DNA of 56,471 bases from Spongospora subterranea f. sp. subterranea (lineage: Eukaryota), in the NCBI GenBank assembly GCA_049724395.1, contig JAUGWO010000068.1:62001-118471 (forward strand), written 5' to 3'. Positions 35,901 through 49,619 of the stretch are shown piece after piece. Each line of letters opens with the position of its first letter. The stretch's first letter is position 1. The notes beneath the pieces were generated by a model, which made no database searches, had not been told where the DNA came from, and saw only the letters and a list, made by a program, of their open reading frames with translations. The position numbers were made by a program, and so were the translations under genes.

Positions 35901-38023
35901 TCACTCCTTTCCCGAATTGAGCGATCAGAGTGACGTCGATGAACGCACCAATTCTTGCTCCAAAGTAAACAAGATGGAGGCGCAATTTGTCGTTTGCACT
36001 GCGGCCTATCTTTGCCAACAGGGGTATAGTACTGAGAACATTGTGATTCTGACGCCATATCTAGGCCAGCTTATGGAAATCAAGAGCGTTCTTAAGAAAC
36101 GGGACATGAGCGCGATTTTCAGCCAACGCGATATTCGTGAACTGGAGGATGTTCTAGGCGATGATGCCGTCGACGTTGCCAACGACATGCAACAACCCAA
36201 ATCGATTCGGGTGTCAACTGTCGATAACTTTCAAGGAGAAGAATCACTGATTGTTCTGGTGTCGTTAGTCCGAAGCAATAACCGAGCCGTCATTGGATTT
36301 TTGAAGCAGAAAGAGCGCATCAACGTTCTGTTATCACGAGCCAAAGCGTCGTTAATCATCTTTGGCAGCAAAGAGTGCTTAGTTAGCGCTAGTCCTATCT
36401 GGAAAAACGTTATCAATGGCTGCGATGTTTTCGATGGCGTCCCAATCGTCTGCCCACGACACGGTGCCAAGTTCACTGATCAAGACCCCGGAGGATTTTG
36501 CTCGACTTGCGCCGCTGGGAGGATGTCTGGTTCCTTGTGGTGATATTCTCAAGTGTGGTCACGCTTGTCAGGCTTCATGTCACGACCCGAAAGCGACCTT
36601 CCACGCCAAATGTGTTGTTCTCGTTCCTGAAATTTGCGAATCGGGCCATCCGGTTCAGCGTTTATGTTGGGCCAAGGCACCGAAATGTTTTGTTCAAATG
36701 ATTGAGACTTGCGGCGTTTGTGCCTCGAACTATCTTCGTCCATGTTATTTACCTGCCGAACGTGCTAGTTGTCGACAATGCGAGATCAGGCTGGCCAGAG
36801 AAAAGCGTTTAGAAGAGATCGAAATCCAGAAAGTGCAACAGTTTGCCGATTTGATGGAAGAACAAGCTCGAAAACTGCTCGATATCGATGCGGAAAACGC
36901 CACCATTGCGGCGAATCTGTCGATTTCCAAATCGAAAGGAGACGCCGAGGCGGAATTGATGCAAGCGCTCAATCAGAAACGGAGGACGGAACACGAGGCG
37001 CAGTTGGCCCGCCAACGGATCGCCGCGAACGTTGCAGAAAACATTCGGAAATGCTATGAAGAGACAGAGGCAAAACGTGCTAAAGAAGAGGACAGGCTGA
37101 AGCGGATGGTGAATGCCGCCAAAGAGAAAACGATGCAAATCCAAGCAGATAACGAGATCTATCTGAAAGAATCAGCGCTACTCGCCGAGGATCTTGTTGA
37201 GCGATGCGGCGGCGACCAACAGAATGAAGTTGATCGGCTACAGATTGCGCTGTCATTGACAGAACAACTTCGTAATCTCTCAGTAGGTGCTGAATGTGGA
37301 GTCTGTTTCGATAGTTGTAAGCGATCTGATGGCGTCATTTGCGGTGGTTCTCCGTCCCATTTCCTTTGTAAGGACTGTTTTAGCTGTCATGTTGCCAGTG
37401 AATCCGATTGCGATCTCGCTCTACTTGTCAAACGCTGCGGCCGGATTTGCTGTCCTTTCTCGCGCACCGATAATTGCTCTTCACCGCCGTTTCCAATCGA
37501 AACCATCGGCAGATACGCTCATCCGGATTCGTTTTCCAAATTCCTCAAAGCTCAACAGCGACTTCAAGAAAAATCGATAGTCGAGGAATATGAAATCACG
37601 TTCGAGCGTCGCGTGAAAGCCGAATCCATTCGCCGAATGAGATTAACACCGGCTGAGAAGGCTCGGGACAATATCTGTGTCTTATTGACACCGTCATGTC
37701 CTCGATGCAGTCAAGCCTTCATCGACTTCGATGGATGTTGTGCATTAACCTGCAACAACTGTGGTTGTCCCTTCTGTGCATTTTGTCTCAAAGATTGTGG
37801 CGGTGATGCCCATGCGCATGTTGCAGTCTGTCCATATAATCCTGGCGGTGGACAAGTTTTCCAAGGGCAAGAAGCCTGGAGAACTGGCCTACGACGGTTC
37901 ATGATTGTGAAAATCAAGGAATATCTGGCTACTATCAAGGACAACGAACTTCGGAACGCGGCGTTAAAGCTCGCCGAGAAAGATTTGCTCGACTGCAACA
38001 TCACATTGGAGAATTTGAAATAA
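32969..38023 (+). CDS. ZNFX1-like SF1 RNA helicase, paralogue B, with NFX1-type zinc fingers, coiled coil, RING and Rcat-like domain; intron 34736-34794; apparent 1-nt frameshift near 36470
   Basis: [95 protein letters not shown]...[30 protein letters not shown]...HFLCKDC...CP; then CPRC...DGCCALTC..C...FCAFC. Confidence 0.9.
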
Positions 38024-41011
38024 CCGATTGTGTTCTTTACCCTTAATTTCACGTGAATACACATCCATAATGGTTTTTTTATCTGCGTAGTCCAACGTGC
38101 GGACAGGATTGTTCAAAGTTTTTGCAGAACAGGAATTTGATATTGACTACTTCACAAAATGGGGTTCGATTGGTTTCAAAACGTCCGACGCGACGTTTTT
38201 TTCTGTTTCCCAAACTTTGATATTGGAAGGAGAGGTGAACTGCGACTCTCAAGTAGTGAGATTTTATTTCATGCAATGGATTGGTTGGCTTGTTGAACGT
38301 GATAAGAATCCTCGAAGGAAAATCGGCCAACGGTTTCGCAGTTGAGTTTGCCATTGAGATTGTTATACTTGAGCAGGTCGATCAGCGCCCTGTTTTCAGT
38401 CAGCATTCATTGAGGTAGGCGGTGGCCGGGTTCACCAAGAATCGTTGCGCAACGACAGTTGTGCCCACACACTTTAACGCTAATTCTATCGACATCGAAT
38501 CTTGATTCTGTCAATCGTCGAATGAGGGATCCAAGAGCCTTGCTTGATTTGCTGCCAAACATTTATACCATCTAGCTAAACGATGGGCATCGCCCAATTG
38601 CACAATCAATCAACAGGTGGATCATCAGAATTGTCAACATCTGGTGCCATCGTTGCACCGCCCCAAATTCATTCTCTTTTAGCTGTTGTCTGGCGCTAGT
38701 TCCGATTTTGCCCTCATGGTGCCGCACCTGGCGAAACATTATTCTAGGGCACATTTTGTTAAAGAATTCGATTCCGGAACAAGTTCCCATTCGTGCAGTT
38801 TGACAGTCTAGCGGGTATGATGACAAGCCAGACGATAAAGTTGCAGTCACCGCCATTATGTTTTTGCCCAACTGGGACACTGGCGCCCAAAAGATTCCAA
38901 TTATTCACTCCAGGGGTTAAAACAGTTGTCGGGTTCAAATCCATAAAACTCGTCGAGTGTCGGTTTTTTGGATAAATGCGGAACCTGAAACTTGCTAAGA
39001 GAGCGAAATGCGTTCCACGTTTTTAGTTCGGGCAGTTTGAGCACCATGAAGTTAGCGGGACTGTTGCCAAGCCAGAGCAGATCAGAAGATGGAGTGGCTG
39101 TCGCCATCACCATCAAGTCGTTGACCCTGGACAAAAAATCGGCCGAGCATCACAGAAAACAGCCGGAGTTTGTTCAAAACCGCCATCTTCTCGAGTGTCC
39201 TGGATTGGTATCAATACCCGGTGCTGACGGTCAGATTGCCCGAACTAACATAAGCCAGAGCTCGTGTCTGATTTGGGTTATCGGTTCTGCCAACGAGTTA
39301 ACGAATGTCATCATCTGGATATCGTCAAGAGTCAGTTTTTGTGAATATCCCCTGAAGGTGGTCGGTGCGTCGACCCTGGCGTAAATCATGTCGGGAAACA
39401 AGAGGGGCACCTCCAAAATATCTAAAATGTTGGCAACGACGGCGGTTTGACAGGTCTGACTGCTCCTGAAGTAGTGGAGACCGTTAGTTTAGCGTTGTCG
39501 ATGTCATCTTGAGCTTGCGGGCATTTCGTTGAAGGCGCAACGGGAACGTCTAAACCTTCATTGATCATTACGCTAAAATATAAAGTAATTGTGGCGAAGA
39601 AGCAAACTACCCTTTACCCTACCGTACTTTAAAAAAAATTACCTGGACCGATTTTCAAGGTGATTTTGTTAATACTGAAGGCCGAAATCAGGTCCAAATT
39701 GTGAGTTTTTTATTACTTTTCAGAGGTACCTTGTCAAAATTCTAAATCATTTAAGGGCAAGAACATCGTTCATACGATCAAGTTGGATTTCGAAAGTAGC
39801 GCCTGGGTTCTTTATGGTGGTTTTTTCGTTCCTAAGTCGTCGAGCACATGAATTGTGTATTCAAGGTCTCACGATCGATGGGGTTCTAGCAATGATTTTT
39901 ACACTTCATTGCCCTCGTGTTTGACCAGATAATCTCTAATTTCATTTTGATCTTGCGAACGATGATCTTGATTAGTACGCTTTGAAAGCTTTACGATTTT
40001 GGAGAGCGATGATAAGTTTGTGTGTGCCTCTTCAACGGCGTCTTCAAGCCCGGGAATGATGTTCTTTCGGTTGCGCGGCTTGTTTGCAATCAAATTCAAA
40101 GTTTTTCGCAAACTTGTGACTGATGTATATATGACTTTTTGTTCAAAGAGAAGTTGAGAGTTTTTGTTAAGGAAAACGTCAGCTAACACTAAAAGGTGGG
40201 CGCCATTCTGGAGAAGGTGAGAGGTGTTGGACGTTCCCAGTTGCGCCACCAACGAAACCTCGTCGCAGTCCGTATCGTGATTGGTTAGTGGGTACACTGT
40301 CGTTCATAAGTACAGTTGCGGAGGATCTCAATGGCTGATTCCGGATCGGGATGATCGCCGAGCCCAATTCCGACTTTTCGGTTATTTTGCTGACAATGGC
40401 GCCGCTATTAACTTGGGAAGCATGGGTTTTTGAAGCCATCGTGTCCGTTCTAGTTGGTCGCATCATCGTTGCAGGCGTTGGCGGCCGTCGTCGCGGATGC
40501 TGGGGTCGGCCGGTCTTAAACTATTCAATTGCTGCTGATTATAATGCCGATCGAAACCTTCATGTTCCAGTATTACACACATTGATGACGGTCAAATCTT
40601 TACAAATTTGTTTACACAGACTTGTTTTTCGGAAATGCCCTTCAATCACAGGTTTCCTCTCTCCATATCGCAAGCAGCTTAACCGCGTTGCAAAGTCTGT
40701 ACAATCTGGAATTCATCTTCCAATGTGAAAACGTCTGAATGATTTCAGAAACCTTGCCGCATGATTACAATCATTGTGCAGGGGTTTAACAACATTGTGA
40801 CACCTGTTCCGGCATTTTCTGATTTCCTGATGATTTTTTTGTGCATCGGTTGCTATAGGGCACAATTGGGCTATTAGTTCTACATTAGCCATGGGCTGTC
40901 CTTTCCAATTCTTGCCGACTGATGTCCGACGTGGATTAAAACCATTAAGCCAAAAGACTTGGGCAAGCGGCAAATAGCGGTGAATTCATTTATCCTGCAC
41001 AGTTTCGCGGA

Positions 41012-41290
41012 TCAACGGACAGCATCTCCCCGAAGAACGTCGATGACTTCTGTCAGACTGGGATGGGCCGACGGGAACAAGTTGTTGCAACGGTTGGTAT
41101 TGGACTCACGTGGAGTTTCGGGTCCAGAATAGCGTTCCCATCGCTTGCCCACTAATGTCCGACCAGCATTCCACCCATCAAGCGAAAACTCGGCGAATTG
41201 CGGAAGGAGAATCTGTTTTTCCCTAAGGGGATCAATAACCCACTTGAGTCCCTCACCATTCGATGCAGCAATCTGTTTCCGTCGGTTCAT
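41012..41290 (-). mobile_element. Possible MULE transposase C-terminal fragment
   Basis: ESNTNRCNNLFPSAHPSLTEVIDVLR resembles the E.YNR.LN..F...HP....FV..I tail of protist MULE transposases. Confidence 0.35.
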
Positions 41291-42031
41291 CCCAATCTGA
41301 CAGGTTTTGTCAACGTTGATACGAAGAGCTGTTGAATCGTTCGTCCGTTTGATCCACGAAATTGTTCAGAACTAATCAATTCTCCAATTTAGAAAACTGA
41401 TTTAGTTTCCCAGGTGCAGGTGTCTTTGACAAACAAAGATAGAGATGATTTCCATCCAGAAATTCGATCTGTATTCATAGACAAATCGTGATCAAGGAAA
41501 GGGTGGTGCTGCCTAAAGTTTTCAAAAATACATTAACATCATCAGTTTTTGTGGTTGCGAACAAATTTGTAGCGCAGCGATATTCTTGGGGAGGGAAGGG
41601 GTGATTCTGGCTACTGTCTCTTCATTTGACCAATTTCCATTTATTCTTGCCGCCAACCAGAGTTCATTGTGATTCGGGCGAATGTACACTGTATGCATGA
41701 GTCATGATCGCCACTGGTGCTGTCGCGAACATTGAACTTCGCGAACTTCAAGTGCGCGGTCGCACCGGGGCGATCGCAGTCACTGTGCGGTACAGGTACA
41801 CATGACTCCCTGTGGTCAGTGTCGGTCCTGGTCATGTAGTAACGAGTCACCCACGGTAGAGTCCATGACGAAACCCTGTCGGGTCCGTCATCCAATGGCA
41901 CTGGCGCAGTTTTTTTGAGGAACGATGGTCCGGTTCGTCTGTCCGTCCACTCCTTTTCAGGCGATATCGTCATCTGAGCCAAAATCTGAATCGGAGTGGT
42001 GTTGCTGGTGCTGGGGGCTCCCACACCTGCT

Positions 42032-43751
42032 ATGAACGATGCCGTCGAGGTTGCCATGGAACGTCGGCCATCTTCGGCAAACGATCTGCTTCAGAAAGCT
42101 CCTGCATCGGTGACAAAACCAGCCAGGCACTCTCACCGGGACCACATCATTGGATTGATACTCCTCTTTGTTAGTCGAATTGTTTGTTCTATCTGTTTTT
42201 CCATCACAACATTTGCTAGTGTGCTCTGTCGAATTTGGTTTGTTGTTCTAAGAGATTTATTTATCGCACCGGAATTTCAGCTACTGTTGCGCTTATCAAT
42301 CAAAATCGCAGTGGTTTGTTTGCTCTATTTTTCCATTGCAGTTCGACTTTCGGGTTGAAACTGCTTTGCCCTTTTTTCTTTCTGATTGGTGATTTTATCT
42401 CAGGGGGTGTCATGCTCGTTCGTTCTGTCGTCGCTTTTGACTCAGGTGCTCTCGTTGCCATTCTTCTGTTCATACATCAACAACTCGTTTTCTGTGATCT
42501 ATGTCGGGTTTTATTTCATCCAAGAAGGCATCAAACAGCTCCGCCACAAAGAAAACAAATTCTTCACACCGAAGAGGCGGTTGATTATCAAAGACACTGC
42601 CAAGCTTGCGCTCGCCGCTATGCCCCTATTGTACGTTGAAGGCTTTATTTTGTTGTATCTTGAATTCGTCGCTATACTTGATTAAATGGAGATAATCATA
42701 TTTGCTCCATAATTAGCCGCTCACATCATGTTATGTACGTGATTAGCGTGAGTTTGATAATCTTGCTATTGTCTGTTTACATTCCACAACGTTCTCCTTA
42801 CACTTACCGCCGCCCTGCCCTTGCAGATACTCCATGTCGATCACGTTTAATTGGTCCTTGAATCATACACACCTAACAAATAACAGCATTATCTCATCGT
42901 CCTCATCCTTTTTCGCTATGCTTTCTTCGTGGCTCCTTTTACGCTCGCCGTTGCGTGTTATCAACATGCTCGGCGCCATTTTCTCGTCAGTTCATTCACT
43001 CTCATTATTCAACTAATTGAATACTTTTGATCGAATTTAACCGAGTTTCACTGTCTCCCTTGTTGTTCCCAGCAGCTGTGTTCATCACATCTCGGCTCGG
43101 TGGTCGCTCATGTTGGATTTTTTAGAGTTGTCGGAATCGGGTTAGTGTCCTGGACCAGCTGCGGAACTGAAATGCCTCTGTCGATCTATGGTGATTTAGC
43201 GGCTCTTTTATCGGCTATACTCAGCGGAACGTACGCCTCGCTGTTGACCAAATACATTCCTGATGGCAGCCATGTCGACATGACGTTATTCTTCGGGCTG
43301 ATCGGTACCTTTGGCGCGGCCCTTCTTTGGCCCTTTATTCTTCTATTGCAACACCTTGATGTCGAACGCATCATCACAGCGTTAACTGCGAAAGAAATTT
43401 GGTTCCTGTTGGCAAATGCTGGACTCACGATTTTAGCAAACCTGGTCTGGGCCAAAGCGGTTTTGTTAACGACCCCGTTTCTAGCTACGATTGGACTCGG
43501 AATGACTACTCCACTGACGATGTTCACTGAGTACATTTTTCTGTCAAAGGTGAACGATTCACCATTTCGTTTTCTTTCGTTCTCAAGTTTGTGCATATCT
43601 CCAGACGTTTGAGCTTCCATACTGCATCGGTGTTGTTCTCGTTGTTATTGGCTACATTGTGACAAATCTGCAACATCATCGCGAGTGCACTGATGAACAA
43701 GGTGTTGCCTGCTCCGCCACCAAGATCAACCCAACCGACACGCCCATATGA
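42032..43751 (+). CDS. SLC35F/EamA-family (DMT) transporter, multi-exon
   Basis: FNWSLNHTHLTNNSIISSSSSFF, GDLAALLSAILSGTYASLL, FFGLIGTF, WAKAVLLTTPFLATIGLGMTTPL are SLC35F5/THI74-like. The last GT-AG intron ends at 43604 and the stop is at 43749-43751. Confidence 0.85.
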
Positions 43752-45630
43752 TCGATACACATTGTTAAAATCTACCTAATATACAATATGGATTAAATCA
43801 TCCACTTTACCTATCAACAACGAGTCGTCATCGTTTTACTCTTTCAAAAGTCACATAATTTTTTGGAGTGCGGTTGGTTTACGCTCAAGCCAAGACGCCT
43901 TGCGGATTCCAGAACCTGGAATATGGATGCTGGATATCGATCATTGGTGCAACGTTGGCGATCGAACGCCGGCGTTATCGCCTTTCACAAATCAAACAGA
44001 TTGAGGAAAACACACAACGACAATGGACCGAAGTTGATCCGAAGACCGAAAGCGTTTTCGTTGGGGGTGTTGAGCGGATTGCACTTAAACCTCAGACCTG
44101 AACGTACACAGCCCGGATGGTTGGGCATTATCGTGCTTGATGTTGATGGAAACAGTATGAAGAAGAAACAACGAGACGTGAGTTTTAAGAACTCGTCAAT
44201 AGCGCGTAGATTGGGATCGGGAGTTTTGGATAATGTACCTATAACCGGGCGGAAATGGTCGTATTGGATTGCCAGCTGATCTTGCGTATTTCAGTCGAAG
44301 TATCGCTGAATGGGTCATCGCTCCCGTTGGATCGCGAAGGGCGACAGCAATACCGAGACCAAGGCTCAACACTTTGTGCACCACCCCGGTCAATGACTAC
44401 TGGAGACTGAACCCCACTTCAACCTGGCGCTAGTTGTTCGGAGTCACCCTGATATCGGGGATTGACTGTGGAATTTCTGAACATTGAGAATTGACAATAA
44501 TCTGACGATGAATAGTGATTTTACGATTACACCTGATGATCGGGGTCGTTGCAGGATCGCAATCTCCTGCTTCAGTCTCACCCCGAGCGCGAGTGTTTTC
44601 CCCAAAAGTAGGTGAGATCCGTCACGGTTTCGGCCCCGATGAGGTTCGCGGTTGTCTCCTCCTTGATTGAAAAAAGTGTCATTTTGTTCTGTCTTCTTCC
44701 AAGGGTCTGCTGTTGTAATCGCCTGTTTTGATGTGCGTTGTTCTGTGTTTGCTTGTGGTTCTCAATTTGGCATTCTTTCGCCAAAGAAGTAGCGCCGCCT
44801 CTAATATCCGGATTATTCAGTCAGTCTTTCACAACCAAATGGAACACGATTACTTCTTGAGAATTTAAACAGGAAACTCTATTTCGAGAAAACAAATACG
44901 TTTGGGAACGCAAAGACGAAACAAACCTGCTAACAGCAATTGCAGTCGGCCGCAATCATGTAGACAGTGGGACGTGGTGACATTTCACCATGATATCGGC
45001 AACAACAAAAACGGCTGACAAAAATCCAATTCCAGATAGCAATTTGTCTTGTGATTGTCTCTAAGCAATCAAAACTTCCCTCCGTTAAAACACACATAAG
45101 AGAGCAATGAAAACCATTGACTCCATGGCCGAACAGTACGATGGCGGTCAGCTAGCTCATCGTAAACAAGTCGCGCCATGGCGCTAATACACACATGGGA
45201 GAACATTATATTGCAGTTAGTGTAGATGATCTTGTTTGCGTGAAAGGGGTATACGGTTAGGATTGAACGGATCCGTTTCGTCAACTGATTGTGTGATCTG
45301 CTGGTTCACTTGATTGATACAGCCGCGAACGGGGTCTGCTGCGTCACGTGCGCTTGTTCAAAATCCAATCTTGACGAAAAGAATCAGCAATACTTATTGA
45401 TCAAGTACGCCATCTTCGTCATGAGATCACGACGGTGCAACCGTTTGGAATCTCCTGGAATCCGTTCCAGAATCCTGACAGAATTTTCCTCTCAGAAAGT
45501 GCAACGGACCCATCCAGTTTGTCAGTTTTTTGGCGCCCTGAGCAGATTCTCGATGCAGCATGATCGTGTTTCGGCTGTATTTTGCCCAAGGTGAACGGGC
45601 TGACAATAAAACAGGGACGTGGGATCTTGT

Positions 45631-47850
45631 CTACATAGGCCAGACATGGTCTTGAACGAAAATATGGGGGGGGGGGGGAGCAGGGAGGATTCTGGGGAAT
45701 GATTCGCCCAGGCTGTTCTGAGATTCGTTGTAGCTCACCTGTGCGAGAGTCCTACGATGAGAAATCGACACGTCTGAAATGATGAAAACGTAAAGTTGCC
45801 AACGCCATGAACTGTAAAAAGTCGATGGGAGGTCGCTGTATGTGGCTATGTCATGGGTGTCATGAGAATCATTTTGATTTTTTTCAGAGTCGTCATCTAG
45901 TATCGACTGATGCACTAAACCAAGCGTCGCCAATCTGAATGATGGTAAAATCAAGACAGACTCTGGCGAAGCGGATGGTTTGTGGATGGCGCTGGCGTTG
46001 TCAGGACGCCACTGCAAGTGATCGTATAGAATGCACATGGAGAAGCTGCGAAGAAGAGGTTTCGAAAAGGGGAGAAGACGACCGAATACGGGGAGTTCAT
46101 TGACAGCAGAGCTGATACACTGGACCGGTTTCACCAAGAGCAATAAAGGGTCAGATTTCAAACAAGACACACAGAGTAGAAGGCAAATTAGAAAATGAAA
46201 TGGACCATGGCAGTCGATTGACGGAGACGTTGAAAAAACGAGCAGGAGTGATTTGATTTGGCCAAACAAGTCGAAAGATTGCCGTTTTCCAGTCGTCAGA
46301 AATTCACTGCACAGAAATCATTGCTCTATGACAGGAAGTGTTGCTCTTTCTCCATATTGTACTTGATTGCGACATGATTTGAGTGCGGTTCACAACAATC
46401 AGGATTGTGTGTTTAACAGCTGTGTCATCGTTGAACAGAGGCGTCACAATTCTGCAACTAATCTGGCCCATTCGGAAGCCGTTGCGGAGAAGAAAGCCTA
46501 GCGATGGAAAAGTTAAGTAAAACGACACAACACTAGACTTACATGGTGCTGACGAAAGAGAGATGACGCTAAAACAAATGGATTATGTCCAGATGGAATT
46601 AACTCAGCCGCTGCTACAAAATCATGTTCTTCCCCTGATTGAGGTCAGGTTGACCACGATCACCAAAAGTAGGATTCATCCAATACTGCTGCCTGGTGCG
46701 ATAGTCAGGCTTGTAGCGCTCTATGGTGCACGATGTATTCTAATGACAGAGCGGGCCGGGAACGAACATGCGAATTCATGCCAGACAAACGCAATGAATA
46801 TCCAAGGATTCTGCGAGCGCACCAGATAAGACCACTGCATTTTTGTCCATCGCATTGAGACAGCAGGTCGGATGGAGATACTGGTGGGGATAATGGTCAA
46901 TTGTGATTTGATAAGAAGACAGAAGACGAGTCTGTAGATGAGGCTGAACAGAGTAAAGATAAACCGAATCCCGCCGAATAAGTGTGACATATTGAATAAA
47001 CACCATGATTTGAACATTGCAGAAAACCACAAGTTGCGTTTTGATGTGTAGGGCAGATTCAATGATTTGCATGTGTATTAATGGTGATGTGGGAATCCAA
47101 TTAGATGGGGAATTAGGGGAATCGGCAGCCATGACGATTGGGAAGGGTATTCGTGACAATTGCAATCTGGGAAACGATGAAGAAGACCAGCTCAAAGAAT
47201 GACATTGCTATAACCGAAATGTTTGAAAAGGGGACGTCGTTGACAAATGCGATAACACTGGAAAGAAAAGGGAGGAGAAAGATTCCTTTGAGGAGTGTGA
47301 GCGTTATCGCGAGACGACTCCCCCGCATGTATATTTCGATTGGGGCAAATATTGAACAAATTCCGTTGATGAGCAGCGCCAGCCACTGCTTCATCCCCAC
47401 AGTGCACGCGGGGTCGGAATTCGGCGAAGGAGCCGCAAACTCAATTCGGGAATCGCTGCCTCGACGAAGCTCTTGAACCTGATGCTGAATAAAGCCCATA
47501 AATGGGAACGAGAGGGTGACGACGAAGACGATGATGTGCATGGTGATCATCTTGATGAGAAGGCGTCGGATTGGATTGAATCTTGGCTGGTCGATTGCTG
47601 ATTGACCACGCTCGGGAAGGCGTCGGAATGGATAACTATGTCTTGGCTGGTTGAGTGCTGATTGACCACGCTCGGGATCCGTTGAGCGAACGCTACTACT
47701 GTTAGGCTCGTCGAGATGCTGCTGCTGCGATGAAGAAGCGGCGGCAATCGATTGAAGCGGCAACTCGCCCTGATTCTGGTGGGACCTGCCAGCATGGACC
47801 GCGGATATCATGATGACGACGGCCACGATGATCAACCATTTCATGGACAT
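45631..47850 (-). CDS. Signal-peptide, multi-transmembrane protein of unknown function (spliced or frameshifted)
   Basis: MSMKWLIIVAVVIMISAVHAG signal-like start, duplicated PERGQSA(L/I)(N/D)QPR repeat, and several hydrophobic helices across successive minus-strand ORFs; the 3' end is uncertain. Confidence 0.45.
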
Positions 47851-48599
47851 TATTGCGACCACCTGATGCGAACAGTTTGGAGTGTTTCGGGAAGTGAACC
47901 AGTGGAGGCGAGGTCGACCTCCAACACTGCTCAGTGCCGCTGAAGTCCGCGGTCGTGCAGTGTAGCTCCGCAGTCCAACTCGTCCATACCGAAATGGTAC
48001 GGTACACCAGGCACAGTGGTCGCGCACTTCCGCTATGGACTGCGCGGGTCAGGCGTCGAATGCTGTATAGGTTACGGTATTGTGCTACCTAGTCATAAAT
48101 TTGGTCCTATGACGCAGTTAATAAATCACATGACGCAGTATTTTAAAACCTACCCCGTGGGACGCTATGAAGCTGAGGTCTGCAGCCCTGCTAAAACGAG
48201 GGCCATTTTGCTGCTTGAGGACTCGTCAAGATTGGCCCTGTCAAAGTCAAGAATTTATTCTGAGAGCTATTGTTGAGGGCTTCAGTGCTACTACCAAATC
48301 GGAAGTCCTAGACCGACTCGTTTTGAGTCTTCGGCAATGAATATCCGAGCCAGAGACTACAAAACTAACATTGACCGATTCAATACGACATGGATGAGGT
48401 TCCTGAAAACATGGTTGGGACCCTGACAGTTTATATAGGAGATTCGTCTTTGAGTCGTCGACAACGAATATCAGAGGCAGAAACTACTGATCTTCCTCTC
48501 TTTGGCTCAGGGATTCATTGTCCTTCGTGAGGTCATAATTGTTTTTTCAATAAAAATGTATTCCAATATTCGTTGTCAAGCGATGTTGATTCCGAAAAC

Positions 48600-49590
48600 A
48601 TCTCTAGTTCTTTATCGCCGTATCCACATGAGCAGAAAAACGGCCCCTCATCGCGATTCAGCTTAGTACATGCAGGCATTGCCACTTTAAGGAAGCCTCT
48701 GGGCAAATTCTGAAAGTTAAATCGGCATTTTTCTTCAAAAACTGTTTCAAAAGGGCAAATTCTTGCTCGATCGGGTTTAGTTGTGGAAAATATGGTGGAA
48801 GAAACATCAAAATTGCACCAGGTCTGTGAATCACCTGCTCAAGTTCTTGATAAAGATGAATCTTGGCATTATCCAAAATTACAATGCTTCGGGGCATCGG
48901 CCATGGTTGCAGATGGGGACAAATTTGTTTAATGAAAACGTCATGGAAATTTTGTCGTGTAAATGTGCCATTTGTGCATTGCCAAGCAAAGAAACCTGAC
49001 GTGTCAAATGCAGCTAGGGCTGACACTCTACAGCCTCGTTAAAAATGCTGCTGGACAATTGCAGGTTGATCAATTCTGGACCAACCATGGCGTCGCAGAC
49101 AGTCCCGCCCATACCTTTGCTCGTCTCGTCAGTGAAGATCAGCTGTTCTGGGTAAGAATACACAGGAGCAACTTTGTTGTAGAATTCCAGGATCTGGTCG
49201 GGAATGCTCTCTCTGGCTCGCTTTTCTAATATCTTCCGCGACAATATTTGGTCGTGCCTGAGCGCCCTGCAAATTGTTGGGCAGCGAAATGCTGTCAAGG
49301 TCAGGAAACCCGTTCGACAGTTGCTCTTGCAGCTCTTGCATGTAACCGCAGGGGTTTGCTTGAACATACTTTTCAACAAAGTCATAGACTTCTTGCGGGC
49401 ATCGAGCAAAGCGTTGACGAGGGACGTCGGTCACAACTTGCCCTTTCCTTTCAAATAACGCATTCCAACGCTTCAAAGTACGCTTGGAAACACCTATGAT
49501 AACGGGCACATCCTCAATAGGTGATACATAAATGAAGTGTAGAACAATGCATGGCCAACGCGAATCGGCGCTTTACTCTGACGATTTCAA
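48600..49590 (-). pseudogene. Tc1/IS630-family DD34E transposase pseudogene
   Basis: HTH IGVSKRTLKRW, LIFTDETSK, IVILDNAKIH, FLPPYFPQLNPIE, split over three frames. Confidence 0.9.
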
Positions 49591-49619
49591 TTTAACTCCT
49601 CACAATCACACTGATCACG

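Noticed and set aside
33841..37144. Antisense and alternate-frame ORFs over the helicase (and the similar one over the mariner at 19781..20347)
   Set aside because: Shadow ORFs of real coding sequence with no independent motifs.
38079..41000. Short minus-strand ORFs downstream of helicase B
   Set aside because: Probably decayed coding sequence, but I could not assign any motif.
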